A stretch of 64,000 nt of DNA from Kofleriaceae bacterium (GCA_020633495.1 JACKDR010000001.1:310105-374104); one strand, 5' to 3'. Positions 33,233 to 44,003 are shown, counted from the first letter of the stretch. Translations and numbers: made by a program. The notes: generated from the sequence alone by a model not told the origin.

Positions 33233-34633
33233 TCAGTTCGCCGGGACCGCGGTGCCGGTCGTCGTCGGGTCGAGCAGGTCGCCGATGTTGTTGACCTGGC
33301 CGTCGCGGGTGCCGAGCTGGCCGGTCTGCCCGCCGAGCCAGTTCCACTCCATGAACTTGACGATCGACGAGTGCTCCATCGTCACGTGCGAGATGTGGTT
33401 GGTCTTGGCGAACGGGCCCAGCGCCATGAACGGCACGCGCACGCCGTAGGGCTGGCAGTCGGCGGTGCTGGTCGGCGGCGGCGGCACGTGGTCGAAGTAG
33501 CCGCCGCCCTCGTCGTAGGTCAGCAGGATCAGCGTGTCGTCGGCGTACGTCGCGCTGTTGGAGATCGCGTCGACGACCTGCTGGGTCGCGGCGACGCCCG
33601 ACGAGATGTCGACCTGGAAGCCCGAGTGCTCGGTGAGGAACCCGATCTGCTTGATGTACGAGATCGCCGGCAGCGTGCCGTCGGTGACGTCGGTGTAGAA
33701 CTGGGTCAGGTCCTGGAAGTGGGCCGGGTCGTTCTGCAGCGTCGGGTAGTACTGGAACGGCACGTCGGTGGGGTCGTAGATGCACGGGTAGAACGCGAAG
33801 TTCACCGGGCACGCCGGATCCGCCAGCGGGCAGGTGCCGTTGGCGACCGCGTCGAGCATCACCTGGTAGCCGCCGCCGTACCACGTCCACGGCACGTCGC
33901 ACTGCTCGAGCAGATCGCCGATCGTCGGGTCGTCGTAGTCCTGCGGGTTCGACGAGCCGACGCCGCAGTTGCTGCCGATCGACGTGGTCTGGACCTCGTT
34001 GTCCTTGAAGACGAAGCCGGCGCGGGCGAAGTACATGTCGTTCGACGAGCTGGCGCCGAGCACCGGCTGGAAGTAGCGGTCGGCCAGGGCGCCGGTGCCG
34101 GCGAGCGTGTGGTACGGGGCCACCGGGCCGGACGTCGTCGCGATCGCGAAGTTGTTGGGCGACGCGCACAGGGCCTCGCCGGTGACGAAGCCGTCCATGA
34201 GGCCGCCGTTGACCTCGAGGATGTTGCAGTCGTAGTTGTGGTTGGGATCGAAGCCGCGGTGCTGGGCGTCGTCGAGGACCAGCGGCGACGCGCCCATCGG
34301 CTCGGTCGCCGGCGCCGCCTCGCAGCACGACGGCCCGGTCGTGCACGTCGGCTCCGAGCCGGGCGCCGCGGTGCAGTAGTTGCCGAAGTAGGTGTCGAAC
34401 GACTGGTTCTCCTGGATGATGACCACCAGGTGGGCGATGTTCGACGACGTCGCGCCGGCCACCCCCGGGCAGGTCAGCGGCGTCGGGGTCGGCGTCTCGA
34501 CCACGCACGGCCCGGGCGGCGCGTCCGCGACGGTCGCGTCGGGCCGGGGCGCGGCGTCGGGGCTCGCGGCGTCGTCGCCGCCGCAGCCGCAGATCACGAG
34601 GGCGAGCAGGACCGGACAGGCCAGGCGCTTCAT
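33233..34633 (-). CDS. Lipoprotein of the phosphoesterase (non-haemolytic phospholipase C / AcpA acid phosphatase) family
   Basis: Signal peptide plus lipobox LVICGCGGDD. Family hallmark HLVVIIQENQSFDTYFGNY; later TYDEGGGYFDHVPPP. Last gene of the lipase-TPR-PLC operon. Confidence 0.85.
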   Translation of the reverse strand: MKRLACPVLLALVICGCGGDDAASPDAAPRPDATVADAPPGPCVVETPTPTPLTCPGVAGATSSNIAHLVVIIQENQSFDTYFGNYCTAAPGSEPTCTTGPSCCEAAPATEPMGASPLVLDDAQHRGFDPNHNYDCNILEVNGGLMDGFVTGEALCASPNNFAIATTSGPVAPYHTLAGTGALADRYFQPVLGASSSNDMYFARAGFVFKDNEVQTTSIGSNCGVGSSNPQDYDDPTIGDLLEQCDVPWTWYGGGYQVMLDAVANGTCPLADPACPVNFAFYPCIYDPTDVPFQYYPTLQNDPAHFQDLTQFYTDVTDGTLPAISYIKQIGFLTEHSGFQVDISSGVAATQQVVDAISNSATYADDTLILLTYDEGGGYFDHVPPPPTSTADCQPYGVRVPFMALGPFAKTNHISHVTMEHSSIVKFMEWNWLGGQTGQLGTRDGQVNNIGDLLDPTTTGTAVPAN

Positions 34634-34687
34634 CCCACCATCCTATGCGAGCCCGGCGCCCTTGTCGCGGTAGGGCATGGTGGGGGG

Positions 34688-35794
34688 TCAGTCCCCCGGC
34701 GCGTCGGCGTCGATCGTCAGCGGCCGGGCCGCCTGCAGGTCGCCGGCGCGGCCGGTGTGGTCGAGGGCGTCGCGCAGCGGCCGCAGCTCGGCGTCGCCGT
34801 CGAACCGCTCGAGCATGCGGTCGCGATCGAGCCGGCTCGACGCCTCGACCAGCAGCGTCGCGACGTCGGCCTCGCTGGCGCCGCCGCGCAGCGCCAGCAG
34901 CGCGTCGCGGTAGACCGGATCGCCGAACCACTTGGCGCCGCCCTGGGCCCGCGCGTAGGCGTCGCGCGCGCCGTCGAGGTCGCCGGCGCGCTCGAGCACC
35001 TCGCCCTGGTAGTAGCGCGACATGCCCTGGACGTAGTCGCCGCCGGCGTCCCAGGCGCGCAGCGCCGCCTCGTCGTCGCCGAGGAAGAACGCGACGTCGC
35101 CGTAGCGGGCCTGGTAGCCACGGTACTTGGAGTCGCCGGGCAGCCGCCCGGCCAGCAGCTCGTCCCACACCGCGCGCGCGTCCTCGTAGCGGCCGAGCTG
35201 GGCGTAGACGTCGGCCAGCTCCTCGAGCGCGGCCTGGGCGTGCAGGCGATCCTCGATCGAGTCGCGCTGCGCCGCGGTGGCGCGCAGCGCCGCGATCCGG
35301 CGCTCGAGCTCGGCGAGGTCGGCGACCGCGTCGCGATCCCGGGCCGCCAGATCCTTCATCAGCCCCGCCAGGTCCGCGGCCTCCTCGAGCGACGGCAGGC
35401 GGACCTCCATCGTGACCTGGGCCCGGGCCCGCCCGCCCCCGTCCTCGACCACGACGCCGACCGCGAAGCGCCCCGGCTTGCCGGGCGCGACCCAGGTCGC
35501 GGCGCCGCCGCCGTCGTCGGTGAGCCGGCCGCGGGTGGCCACCCAGCTCCACCGGACCGCGCCGGCGCGGCCGGTGCCGCGCCGGACCTCGGCGGTCAGC
35601 GCCACCGGCTGGCCGACGACGACGTGCAGCGGCGCGGCGCGCAGCGCGACCTCGAGGCCGGCGCCGGCGACCGGCTGGACCCGCGCCGGCGCGCGTGGCG
35701 CCGCGGCCTGGCCGCCGGCGCGGTGGCGCCACAAGACGACCAGGGCGATCGCCGCGGCGATCACCGCGGCGCCGACCGCGAGGCGACGCGCCAT
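34688..35794 (-). CDS. Membrane-anchored TPR-repeat protein
   Basis: ATG 35792-35794 (MARRLAVGAAVIAAAIALVVL, a TM anchor). C-terminal TPR-like helices (LADVYAQLGRYEDARAVWDELL...YYQGEVLERAGDLDGARDAYARA). Its ATG overlaps the stop of the upstream lipase gene (ATGA at 35792-35796). Confidence 0.75.
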   Translation of the reverse strand: MARRLAVGAAVIAAAIALVVLWRHRAGGQAAAPRAPARVQPVAGAGLEVALRAAPLHVVVGQPVALTAEVRRGTGRAGAVRWSWVATRGRLTDDGGGAATWVAPGKPGRFAVGVVVEDGGGRARAQVTMEVRLPSLEEAADLAGLMKDLAARDRDAVADLAELERRIAALRATAAQRDSIEDRLHAQAALEELADVYAQLGRYEDARAVWDELLAGRLPGDSKYRGYQARYGDVAFFLGDDEAALRAWDAGGDYVQGMSRYYQGEVLERAGDLDGARDAYARAQGGAKWFGDPVYRDALLALRGGASEADVATLLVEASSRLDRDRMLERFDGDAELRPLRDALDHTGRAGDLQAARPLTIDADAPGD

Positions 35795-37830
35795 CAGGAA
35801 CCGGCGGGCGTGTTGGCGTGGATCCAGGTGACGAACGTGTTCTTGAGCGAGCTCGACAGCACCGTGTGCAGCTCGTTGTAGTCGTTCGAGGCCCAGCCGT
35901 TCCAGTACGTCGGCGCCAGCGTCGGGTAGTTCGAGCTGCAGCTGCCGTCCTCGGCGTTGGAGCTGAGGCCGGTCGCGACGCCGAGCGCCGAGTCGGTGTT
36001 GATGAACGACGGGCTGTACTTGAGGCGCAGCTTGAACGTGCCGCACAGCGAGGCATCCTCGTCGGTGTTGACGTCGGCGGCGACCATGTAGCGCGAGCCG
36101 GCGTTGCAGTCGCGCTGGCCGCCGTTCCAGTCGCGATCCTCGGAGCAGAACAGGCCGGTGTACTCGAAGTCGAAGAGCTTGCCCGAGCCCTGCTTGGCGT
36201 AGCCGCCGCTGGCGTTGGCGTCGCCGAACGCGACCGCGTAGCGGGGCAGCACGGTCGGCCAGCCGACGCTGTTGTAGTAGCCGTCGTGGTACGCGGTCGT
36301 GACCGAGCACGACGAGTTCTCGGGCTCCCAGCTGCAGTCGCAGCTCGACACCCGCAGCGTCATCATGTCGGCCGCCGGGTTCGAGAACAGCTGCTTGTAC
36401 TGCGGGTCGCTCGCGTCCTTGTTGCACAGCACCAGGTTCTGGATGCCGCGGTCGCCGCGGCCCAGGTTGGCGCCGGTCTGCGGCGAGTCGACCGAGTACC
36501 AGGCGGTCAGCTTCGACTGCACGCTCCAGTTGTTGTTGGCGATCGTGCTGCGGACGACGACGCCGCCCATCGAGACCCCGGCGAGCTGCAGCCGCCGGTT
36601 GCCCTGGCGCCCGTAGGCGTCGTTGACCCAGCGGCCGACCTCGTCGTTGAACGACGGCAGCCGCTGGTTGCCGTCGCCGAACTTGCCGATCGCGATCGTG
36701 CGGCCCTCGGCGAGCAGCTGCCGGGCCAGGTCCCCGAGCAGGACCATGTACTCGGCGGTCGACGACTCGTTGAGCGGATCGAAGCCGGTGACCAGCAGCG
36801 TCGTGTCGGCGACCGCGCCGCTGGCCGACCAGTAGTCGAGCTTCGAGGTGCCGACGCCGTAGTACGGCGTGAAGCGGGTCGCCACCGCCGGCGCCGGGGT
36901 CAGGTCGGCGCGGCGGATGAAGTGGTAGGTGCCGTGGGTGACGTCGGTGATCGACGACAGCGGGATCGATGCGACGTCGTAGCCCTGGGTGTCGCCCATG
37001 AACGAGGCCGCGCCGTACAGCGAGGCGCCGGCGCAGTTGTTGACGCCCCAGCTCCAGTCGCCGGCGCCGGTGGTGACCTCGACCCACGACCACGCGCCGC
37101 TCGACGCGCAGTACACCGACTGGCCGTACTTGATGTGCTGCCGGACCCGGGCCGGGCTGTAGAAGCCGTCCTTGGCGTTGACGTAGATCGCCGAGGCGCC
37201 GGGCCGATAGAAGCTGCGCGCCGAGCTCGACGCCACGGTCGCGTTGTAGCTGACCTGCTGGGCGACGGTGTCGACGTCCTCCTGCAGGCCGATGGTCGCC
37301 GACAGCCCCATGTTCGAGGCGTAGCCGGTGGCCATGTTGCCGTAGTGGGTCTCGAAGTGACCGTCGGCGAACAGCTTGAGCTCGAACGACGCGCCGGCGC
37401 CGCTGGTCTGGCCGTAGTGGTAGACGCCGTACCACTCGATCACGAACGCGCTGCCCGAAACGCCGGTGTAGATCGACCCGCCGGCGCTGGGGTTCCAGTC
37501 GTCCCACAGGACCGCGATCGACGGCCCCGGCAGCGCGCCGCCGTTGGGCCCGAGCGCGCCGTTGGAGAACGGCGCCGCGGTGTTGCTGCCGAACGTGACG
37601 GTGCCGTTGCTCGACACCGAGACCTGCGTGAAGCTGCGCCCCCAGTACGGGAACGCCCACGGCAGGTTGACCACCGCGGCGCAGTCGTCACAGGTCGACA
37701 CCGCGGCCAGCTGGGTCGGCGCGTAGCTGTACGCGTACGCCGGCGTGCCGGTCGAGTAGCTCGCGTGCGCGACCCCCGTCGCCCCCACCCCGATCCCCAC
37801 GATGATGGCCAGGTTCAGCAGGTGACGCAT
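35794..37830 (-). CDS. Secreted alpha/beta-hydrolase (lipase/esterase-like, GxSxG in LAGVSMGGVVV) with a large Ser/Thr/Asn/Tyr/Gly-rich N-terminal region; 678 aa
   Basis: ATG 37830. Signal peptide MRHLLNLAIIVGIGVGATGVAHA. Composition is noticeably different from neighbouring proteins (few Arg/Ala, many S/T/N/Y/G/W) and local GC looks lower (about 65%). Multiple Cys pairs. First gene of a three-gene minus-strand operon. Confidence 0.8.
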   Translation of the reverse strand: MRHLLNLAIIVGIGVGATGVAHASYSTGTPAYAYSYAPTQLAAVSTCDDCAAVVNLPWAFPYWGRSFTQVSVSSNGTVTFGSNTAAPFSNGALGPNGGALPGPSIAVLWDDWNPSAGGSIYTGVSGSAFVIEWYGVYHYGQTSGAGASFELKLFADGHFETHYGNMATGYASNMGLSATIGLQEDVDTVAQQVSYNATVASSSARSFYRPGASAIYVNAKDGFYSPARVRQHIKYGQSVYCASSGAWSWVEVTTGAGDWSWGVNNCAGASLYGAASFMGDTQGYDVASIPLSSITDVTHGTYHFIRRADLTPAPAVATRFTPYYGVGTSKLDYWSASGAVADTTLLVTGFDPLNESSTAEYMVLLGDLARQLLAEGRTIAIGKFGDGNQRLPSFNDEVGRWVNDAYGRQGNRRLQLAGVSMGGVVVRSTIANNNWSVQSKLTAWYSVDSPQTGANLGRGDRGIQNLVLCNKDASDPQYKQLFSNPAADMMTLRVSSCDCSWEPENSSCSVTTAYHDGYYNSVGWPTVLPRYAVAFGDANASGGYAKQGSGKLFDFEYTGLFCSEDRDWNGGQRDCNAGSRYMVAADVNTDEDASLCGTFKLRLKYSPSFINTDSALGVATGLSSNAEDGSCSSNYPTLAPTYWNGWASNDYNELHTVLSSSLKNTFVTWIHANTPAGS

Positions 37831-37922
37831 GGGTCAGTCCCCATCGCAACTGCTGTTCCGGATTCGCAAATACTGGTGTTCACCTCACAATCTTCACGGC
37901 CGCGGCCGCGGCTCGTGGCAAG

Positions 37923-37954
37923 GCTGTTCAAGTACTGCACAGATCTTGAACAGC
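37923..37954. promoter_or_regulatory. Perfect 10-bp inverted repeat GCTGTTCAAG-N12-CTTGAACAGC in the 148-bp region upstream of the lipase operon; a third half-site (ATGAACAGC) lies at 37968-37976
   Basis: Read directly. The region 37831-37978 is the least GC-rich stretch in the window. The palindrome geometry (10-12-10) fits a dimeric transcription-factor operator. It could alternatively be a terminator for the upstream FMN-reductase gene. Confidence 0.5.
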
Positions 37955-37978
37955 CGCGATCAAGTCATGAACAGCTCG

Positions 37979-38572
37979 TCACCCGGGCTGGACAGCGCGC
38001 TGACCCGCGCGCAAGGCCGCCAGCGCCCCGGTCCAGCGCCCCAGCTCGTCGAGCATGCCCGCCGCCGCCTTGGCCTGGACCTCGCCGGGATCGAAGCGGC
38101 CCTCGGCGTCGAGGTGCTGGCTGAAGAACGGCACCGCCACCGCCTCGGGCACCGGCATCATCTTGAGCGAGGTCACCACCGCCTTGGTCATCTGCACCGA
38201 GCGGGTCCCGGCGGACACGCCGCCGTAGGACACGAACCCGACCGGCAGGTACGCCCACTCGTGGGACAGGTAGTCGAGGGCGTTGAGCAGCGCCGGCGGC
38301 ATCGCGAAGTTGTACTCGGGCGTGACCAGGACCAGCGCGTCGGCGGCCAGGACCGTCTCGCTCCACGCCCGGGTGTGCGCGTGCTCGTACTTCTTCAGGC
38401 GCGGGTGGTGCGGCTCGTCGTAGGCGGGCAGCGCGACCTCGGCGAGATCGACGAGGCGCGGGGTGAAGTGGCCGTGGGCGCGGACCTGATCGAGGACCCA
38501 GGCAGCGACCGCGGGCCCCTTGCGGCCCGGCCGGGTGCTGGTGACGACGACGTGGAGGCTGGGAGCTGGCAT
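37979..38572 (-). CDS. NAD(P)H-dependent FMN reductase (flavodoxin-like fold)
   Basis: MPAPSLHVVVTSTRPGRKGPAVAAWV...ALVLVTPEYNFAMPPALLNALDYLSHEWAYLPVGFVSYGGVSAGTRS, the NADPH-dependent FMN reductase family signature. Confidence 0.85.
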   Translation of the reverse strand: MPAPSLHVVVTSTRPGRKGPAVAAWVLDQVRAHGHFTPRLVDLAEVALPAYDEPHHPRLKKYEHAHTRAWSETVLAADALVLVTPEYNFAMPPALLNALDYLSHEWAYLPVGFVSYGGVSAGTRSVQMTKAVVTSLKMMPVPEAVAVPFFSQHLDAEGRFDPGEVQAKAAAGMLDELGRWTGALAALRAGQRAVQPG

Positions 38573-38672
38573 GCGCTCAACCTAGTGCCGCCGGCCGGCC
38601 ACCGACAGGCCGCGCCCGTGAACACACCGTTCCACCCCCCGCTCCCGCCCACCAGCGGCCCGGCGCCTCCGG

Positions 38673-39872
<1,200 letters not shown>

Positions 39873-39894
39873 CTACACCGACCCGGCCGGCGAC

Positions 39895-39986
39895 GTGACC
39901 GGGGCGTGACCGAGCTGACCGGCGCGTGACCGCGCCGCGACCGCGCCGGCGCCGACCGTGGCCGAGACCGCGCGCCGCGGTGACCG
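39895..39986. promoter_or_regulatory. Array of about 8 direct repeats of (G/C)TGACCG spaced about 9-16 bp apart (roughly helical phasing) in the divergent intergenic region between adhC and the B12-radical-SAM gene
   Basis: Read directly. Repeat starts are at about 39895, 39906, 39915, 39926, 39937, 39952, 39964 and 39980. Candidate multi-site regulator binding region; function inferred only. Confidence 0.4.
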
Positions 39987-40017
39987 ACCACGGTGCCGCG
40001 GCCGCCTAGGGTTGGCC

Positions 40018-41547
40018 ATGCGCATCCTGCTGGTCCACGCCGAGTTCCCGCGCACCTACTGGGGCTTCCAGTACGCGCTCTCGATCACCGGTCGCCGCGC
40101 CACGATGCCGCCGCTGGGGCTGTGCACCGTCGCCGCCCACCTGCCGGCGGCGTGGCCGGTGCGCCTGGTCGACGTCAACGTCGAGCCGCTGCGCGACGAC
40201 GACCTGCGCTGGGCCGAGGCCGTGCTGATCGGCGGCATGCTGATCCAGGCGCCGTCGATGCAGGCCATCGTGGCGCGGGCCCGGCGCCACGGCCGGCGCA
40301 CGATCGTCGGTGGCCCGGCGGCGACGACCTCGCCGGAGCTGTTCGACGACGCCGACGTCGTCTTCGTCGGCGAGGTCGAGGGCCGCGACGCCGAGCTGCG
40401 CGCCGCGATCGAGGGCCGCCAGCGCGGCGAGCTCGCGGCGGCGGCGCGGCCGTCGCTGGCGGGGTCGCGGCCGCCGCGGCTCGACCTGCTGCGCCGCGAC
40501 CGCTACACGACGATGGCGCTGCAGACCTCGCGCGGCTGCCCGCACGCGTGCGAGTTCTGCGACGTCGTCGAGATCTTCGGCCGCACGCCGCGGGTCAAGG
40601 ACACCGCGGCGGTGCTCGCCGAGCTCGACCAGCTCGACCAGCTCGGCTGGCGCGGCACGGTCTTCGTCGTCGACGACAACTTCATCGGCAACCTCAAGGC
40701 CGCGCGCCAGCTGTTGCCGGCGATCGCGACCTGGCAGCGCGACCACGGCCACCCGTTCGAGTTCTACACCGAGGCCAGCGTCAACCTGGCGCGCGAGCCC
40801 GCGCTGCTGGCGACGATGGTCGACGCCGGCTTCACCAGCGTCTTCGTCGGCATCGAGACCCCGTCGCTGGCGGCGCTGCGCGAGGTCGGCAAGATGCAGA
40901 ACCTGCGGCTCGACCTCCGCGACGCCGTCGACCGCATCACCGCGGCTGGCGTCGAGGTCATGGGCGGCTTCATCGTCGGCTTCGACAGCGACGACGAGAC
41001 CTGCTTCGCCGCCCAGCGCGCGTTCCTCGCCGACGCGCCGATCCCGCTGGCGATGGTCGGCCTGCTCACCGCGCTGCCCGGCACCGCGCTGTGGCGCCGG
41101 CTCGACGGCGAGCGGCGCCTGCGCCACCGCTCCAGCGGCGACCAGTTCGATCGCCCCAACTTCGCGCCGGCCATGGACGAGCGGGCCCTGCTCGACGGCC
41201 ACGCCGACCTGCTGGCCGAGCTGTACTCGCCCGAGGCCTACCTGCGCCGGTGTCAGGCCGTGCTCGCCGGCGCGCCGCGGCCGCCGACCGGGCGCCGCCT
41301 CCGCCCCGGCGGGCTGCGCATCGCGGCGCGGGCGATCTGGGCGCTCGGCGTGGTGGGGCCCCGGCGCGCGATGTTCTGGCGCCTGGTCGCGCCGGCGCTG
41401 CTGCGCTCCCCCGCGGCGGTGACCTGGACCATCAGCCACGCGGTCCAGGGCGAGCACCTGATCCGCTACACCCACGAGCACGTCGTGCCGGCGCTGCGCC
41501 GCGCCGCCGCGGCGTGCGCGCCGACGGCGACCGACGCCGCGGCGTGA
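40018..41547 (+). CDS. B12-binding-domain radical SAM protein with a C-terminal DUF4070-like region
   Basis: ATG 40018 (MRILLVHAEFPRTYWGF...LGLCTVAAHLP, the B12-binding domain). Radical SAM CxxxCxxC in MALQTSRGCPHACEFCDV. Conserved C-terminal extension typical of this class. Confidence 0.85.
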   Translation: MRILLVHAEFPRTYWGFQYALSITGRRATMPPLGLCTVAAHLPAAWPVRLVDVNVEPLRDDDLRWAEAVLIGGMLIQAPSMQAIVARARRHGRRTIVGGPAATTSPELFDDADVVFVGEVEGRDAELRAAIEGRQRGELAAAARPSLAGSRPPRLDLLRRDRYTTMALQTSRGCPHACEFCDVVEIFGRTPRVKDTAAVLAELDQLDQLGWRGTVFVVDDNFIGNLKAARQLLPAIATWQRDHGHPFEFYTEASVNLAREPALLATMVDAGFTSVFVGIETPSLAALREVGKMQNLRLDLRDAVDRITAAGVEVMGGFIVGFDSDDETCFAAQRAFLADAPIPLAMVGLLTALPGTALWRRLDGERRLRHRSSGDQFDRPNFAPAMDERALLDGHADLLAELYSPEAYLRRCQAVLAGAPRPPTGRRLRPGGLRIAARAIWALGVVGPRRAMFWRLVAPALLRSPAAVTWTISHAVQGEHLIRYTHEHVVPALRRAAAACAPTATDAAA

Positions 41548-41594
41548 TCGGCGGCGCGGACGACCGGCGCGGCGCGCGCGACCTCGCCGCCCTG

Positions 41595-42746
41595 TCAGTC
41601 GGCGCCGAGCTCGCGGCCGATCGCGCAGCCGCTGACCACGACCAGATCGGTGACGCTGCCGCTGCGCAGGTCGTCGCAGGCGGCGCCGTAGAAGGTGATC
41701 TGCCCGGCCGCGGGGTCGTAGTCCCAGCCGTCGCCGTGGCTGGGGTCGCGGGGCACGTCGAGGCTGTCGAAGAAGACGTGCAGCGTGCTCGAGTCCGGGT
41801 TGCCGGACAGCGCGTACGTGCACGACAGCACCGCGGCGCCGATGCTGTCGAAGGCGGCCTGCAGCGACGCGGCGTCGTCGGCCTGGTAGTAGTACGGCGG
41901 GCCGCCGGGCAGCGCGGTGCCGCCGGCGGTGGCCATGTCGTCGAGCTGGTTGGCGTCGACGCCGCTGCCGAAGCCGACGACGAAGGTCTTGACCTCCGGG
42001 GTCTGGGCGCGCAGGTCGGTGACCGCGGTGACGCCGTCGCCGCCGCAGGTCTCGGAGCCGTCGGTGAGCAGCAGGATGTAGTTCTCGCGCGTGGTGTCGG
42101 CGAGGCCGGCGTAGCCGATCAGCCCGTCGAGGGTGTCGCCGATGGGGGTGCGGCCGCCGGGTCCGGTGTTGCCGAGCGCGGTGTTGATCATGCCGGCGGT
42201 GCCGGCGCCGACGTCGACCTCGATCTGGCCGGGCGCGCACTGGCTGGCGCCCTCGTAGAGCACCAGGCCCCAGCGGACCTGATCGCCGTAGGTGGTCAAG
42301 AGCTGGCCGAGCGCGTCGACCGCGACCTCCCACTTGGTCGAGTTGCCGAGCGCCTCGTCCATGCTGCCCGAGCGGTCGAGCACGATGAGGACGTTGGGCG
42401 GCACGCCCTCGGCCGAGAACTCGTCGCCGGTGCAGCCGCAGAAGCCGCCGGTGCAGACCTCACCGTTGGAGCAGTTGTCGTCGCCGGCGCACGGCCCGCC
42501 GGTGGTGTTGCCGGCGCAGGTGCCGCTGTCCGCGCAGTACGAGCCGCCGTGGCAGTCGGTGTTGCTCGTGCACGGCGTCGGCTCGCACGTGCCGGTGCCG
42601 AGGTTGCACTGCTGCCCGGTCGGACAGTCGTCGGTCGTCGTGCAGTCGGTGACGCCACCGTCGCCGCCGCCGCCACCGCCACCACCGCCGCCGCCGCACC
42701 CCAGGGCGAACGCTCCGAACAGCGCACAGGCGAGCAGGCTCTTCAT
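41595..42746 (-). CDS. Lipoprotein with a Cys-rich EGF/disintegrin-like N-terminal region and a von Willebrand factor A (VWA) domain
   Basis: Signal peptide plus lipobox GAFALGCGGGGG. Repeated C-x-x-x-x-C patterns (DCPTGQQCNLGTGTCEPTPCTSNTDCHGGSYCADSGTCAG). VWA MIDAS motif LIVLDRSGSM...LTDGSE. Confidence 0.8.
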   Translation of the reverse strand: MKSLLACALFGAFALGCGGGGGGGGGGGDGGVTDCTTTDDCPTGQQCNLGTGTCEPTPCTSNTDCHGGSYCADSGTCAGNTTGGPCAGDDNCSNGEVCTGGFCGCTGDEFSAEGVPPNVLIVLDRSGSMDEALGNSTKWEVAVDALGQLLTTYGDQVRWGLVLYEGASQCAPGQIEVDVGAGTAGMINTALGNTGPGGRTPIGDTLDGLIGYAGLADTTRENYILLLTDGSETCGGDGVTAVTDLRAQTPEVKTFVVGFGSGVDANQLDDMATAGGTALPGGPPYYYQADDAASLQAAFDSIGAAVLSCTYALSGNPDSSTLHVFFDSLDVPRDPSHGDGWDYDPAAGQITFYGAACDDLRSGSVTDLVVVSGCAIGRELGAD

Positions 42747-42950
42747 GATCTCAGGTTCCTCCCCTGGGTGGCGAGAAGCAAGCGTCGTTCCGGGGGACGC
42801 GCGCGGTCAGCGACGACGGTTCGGCCCGGCGCTGTGCAAGACGCGGACAGGGTGTGCCGAGTTGTCGTGGCGGACATCGGCGTCGCGGCAGGTGGAGGTC
42901 GCAGGTGCGCGCACAGGGCGCGGCGCCGCCGCGGCGACGCGCGCCACGGG

Positions 42951-44003
42951 TCAGCGGGCGTAGGTCAGGATCGACACGCCCTTCATCCCCGGGCTCGGGG
43001 TCAGGCGCAGCGCGGCCAGCGCGGTGGCCGCGGTGTCGACGGTCGTGATCGGCCGGTCGAGGACGGTGTCGGCGGTGACGCCCGGGCCGCGGGCGATCCA
43101 CGGGATCTCGCGGTCGACCTCGAGGTGGCCGCCGGAGTGGTGGCGCGAGTGGCCGCCGTGGTCGGCGGTGACGATCACCAGGGTGTCGGCGCCGGCGGCG
43201 CTGGCGTCGATGGCGTCGAGGACGGTGGCCAGGCAGCGATCGCTGTGGTGGACCGCGGCGAGGTAGGCGTCCGACATCCAGCCGTGGCTGTGGCCGAACT
43301 CGTCGGGATCGGAGAAGTGGACGAACAGCAGGGCCGGCTGCTCCTCGGTGAAGTACGCGGCGGCGCGCCGCGCCACCCCGCCGCACAGGTAGCTGGGGCG
43401 CTCGAAGTGGTCGACGCTGCCGGGCCGCGCGATGTGGCGGAGCTTGGGCTTGCCGACGATCATCGCGGTCGACAGGCCGTGGGCGTGGGCGATCGAGAAC
43501 ACGGTCGGGACCCGGATGTAGCCCCGATCGCGCTGGTAGCTGTTCCACCACAGGCCGTGCTCCTCGGCGCCGAAGCCCGACAGCATGGCCGCGTGCGACG
43601 GCAGGGTGTCGCTCTGCGGGATCGTGTCGGCCTGGAGCGCCGCCATGCCCTCGCGCATCAGCGCCATGTGGGCGGGGGTCAGCTCCTCGGTGAGCGAGTC
43701 GGGCCGCAGCCCGTCCTCGCTGATGATGACGACGTGGGTCGGGCGCCGCGGCGCGGGCGCGGGCGGCGCCGCCGCGGTGGACGACGACGCCGGCGCGGCG
43801 CTGCCGCGGGCGGCCATCGCCGGTCGCGACAGGATCTCGTCGACGACCTCGGCGACGGCGTCGGCGGTGACCGCGCGCGGGCGGGCGCGGCGGCGGCGGC
43901 GACGACTGGCGCCAGCGCGCGCGCGGCGCGGCCGGCACCGGCCGGCACAGCATCGCGCCGGCGCCGAGGGCCAGGCCGGCGAGCACCGCCAGCCGAGGAT
44001 CAC
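42951..44003 (-). CDS. Type I phosphodiesterase / nucleotide pyrophosphatase (alkaline-phosphatase superfamily, ENPP-like); N-terminus uncertain
   Basis: HVVIISEDGLRPD...GKPKLRHIA...HFSDPDEFGHSHGW...VIVTADHGGHSRHHSGGH are metal-site motifs of PF01663. A signal-peptide-like sequence (RLAVLAGLALGAGAML) is encoded in the adjacent frame (ORF 42751..44034) upstream of a (GCC)n tract, suggesting a frameshift near 43900-43960. Confidence 0.7.
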   Translation of the reverse strand: MILGWRCSPAWPSAPARCCAGRCRPRRARAGASRRRRRRARPRAVTADAVAEVVDEILSRPAMAARGSAAPASSSTAAAPPAPAPRRPTHVVIISEDGLRPDSLTEELTPAHMALMREGMAALQADTIPQSDTLPSHAAMLSGFGAEEHGLWWNSYQRDRGYIRVPTVFSIAHAHGLSTAMIVGKPKLRHIARPGSVDHFERPSYLCGGVARRAAAYFTEEQPALLFVHFSDPDEFGHSHGWMSDAYLAAVHHSDRCLATVLDAIDASAAGADTLVIVTADHGGHSRHHSGGHLEVDREIPWIARGPGVTADTVLDRPITTVDTAATALAALRLTPSPGMKGVSILTYAR

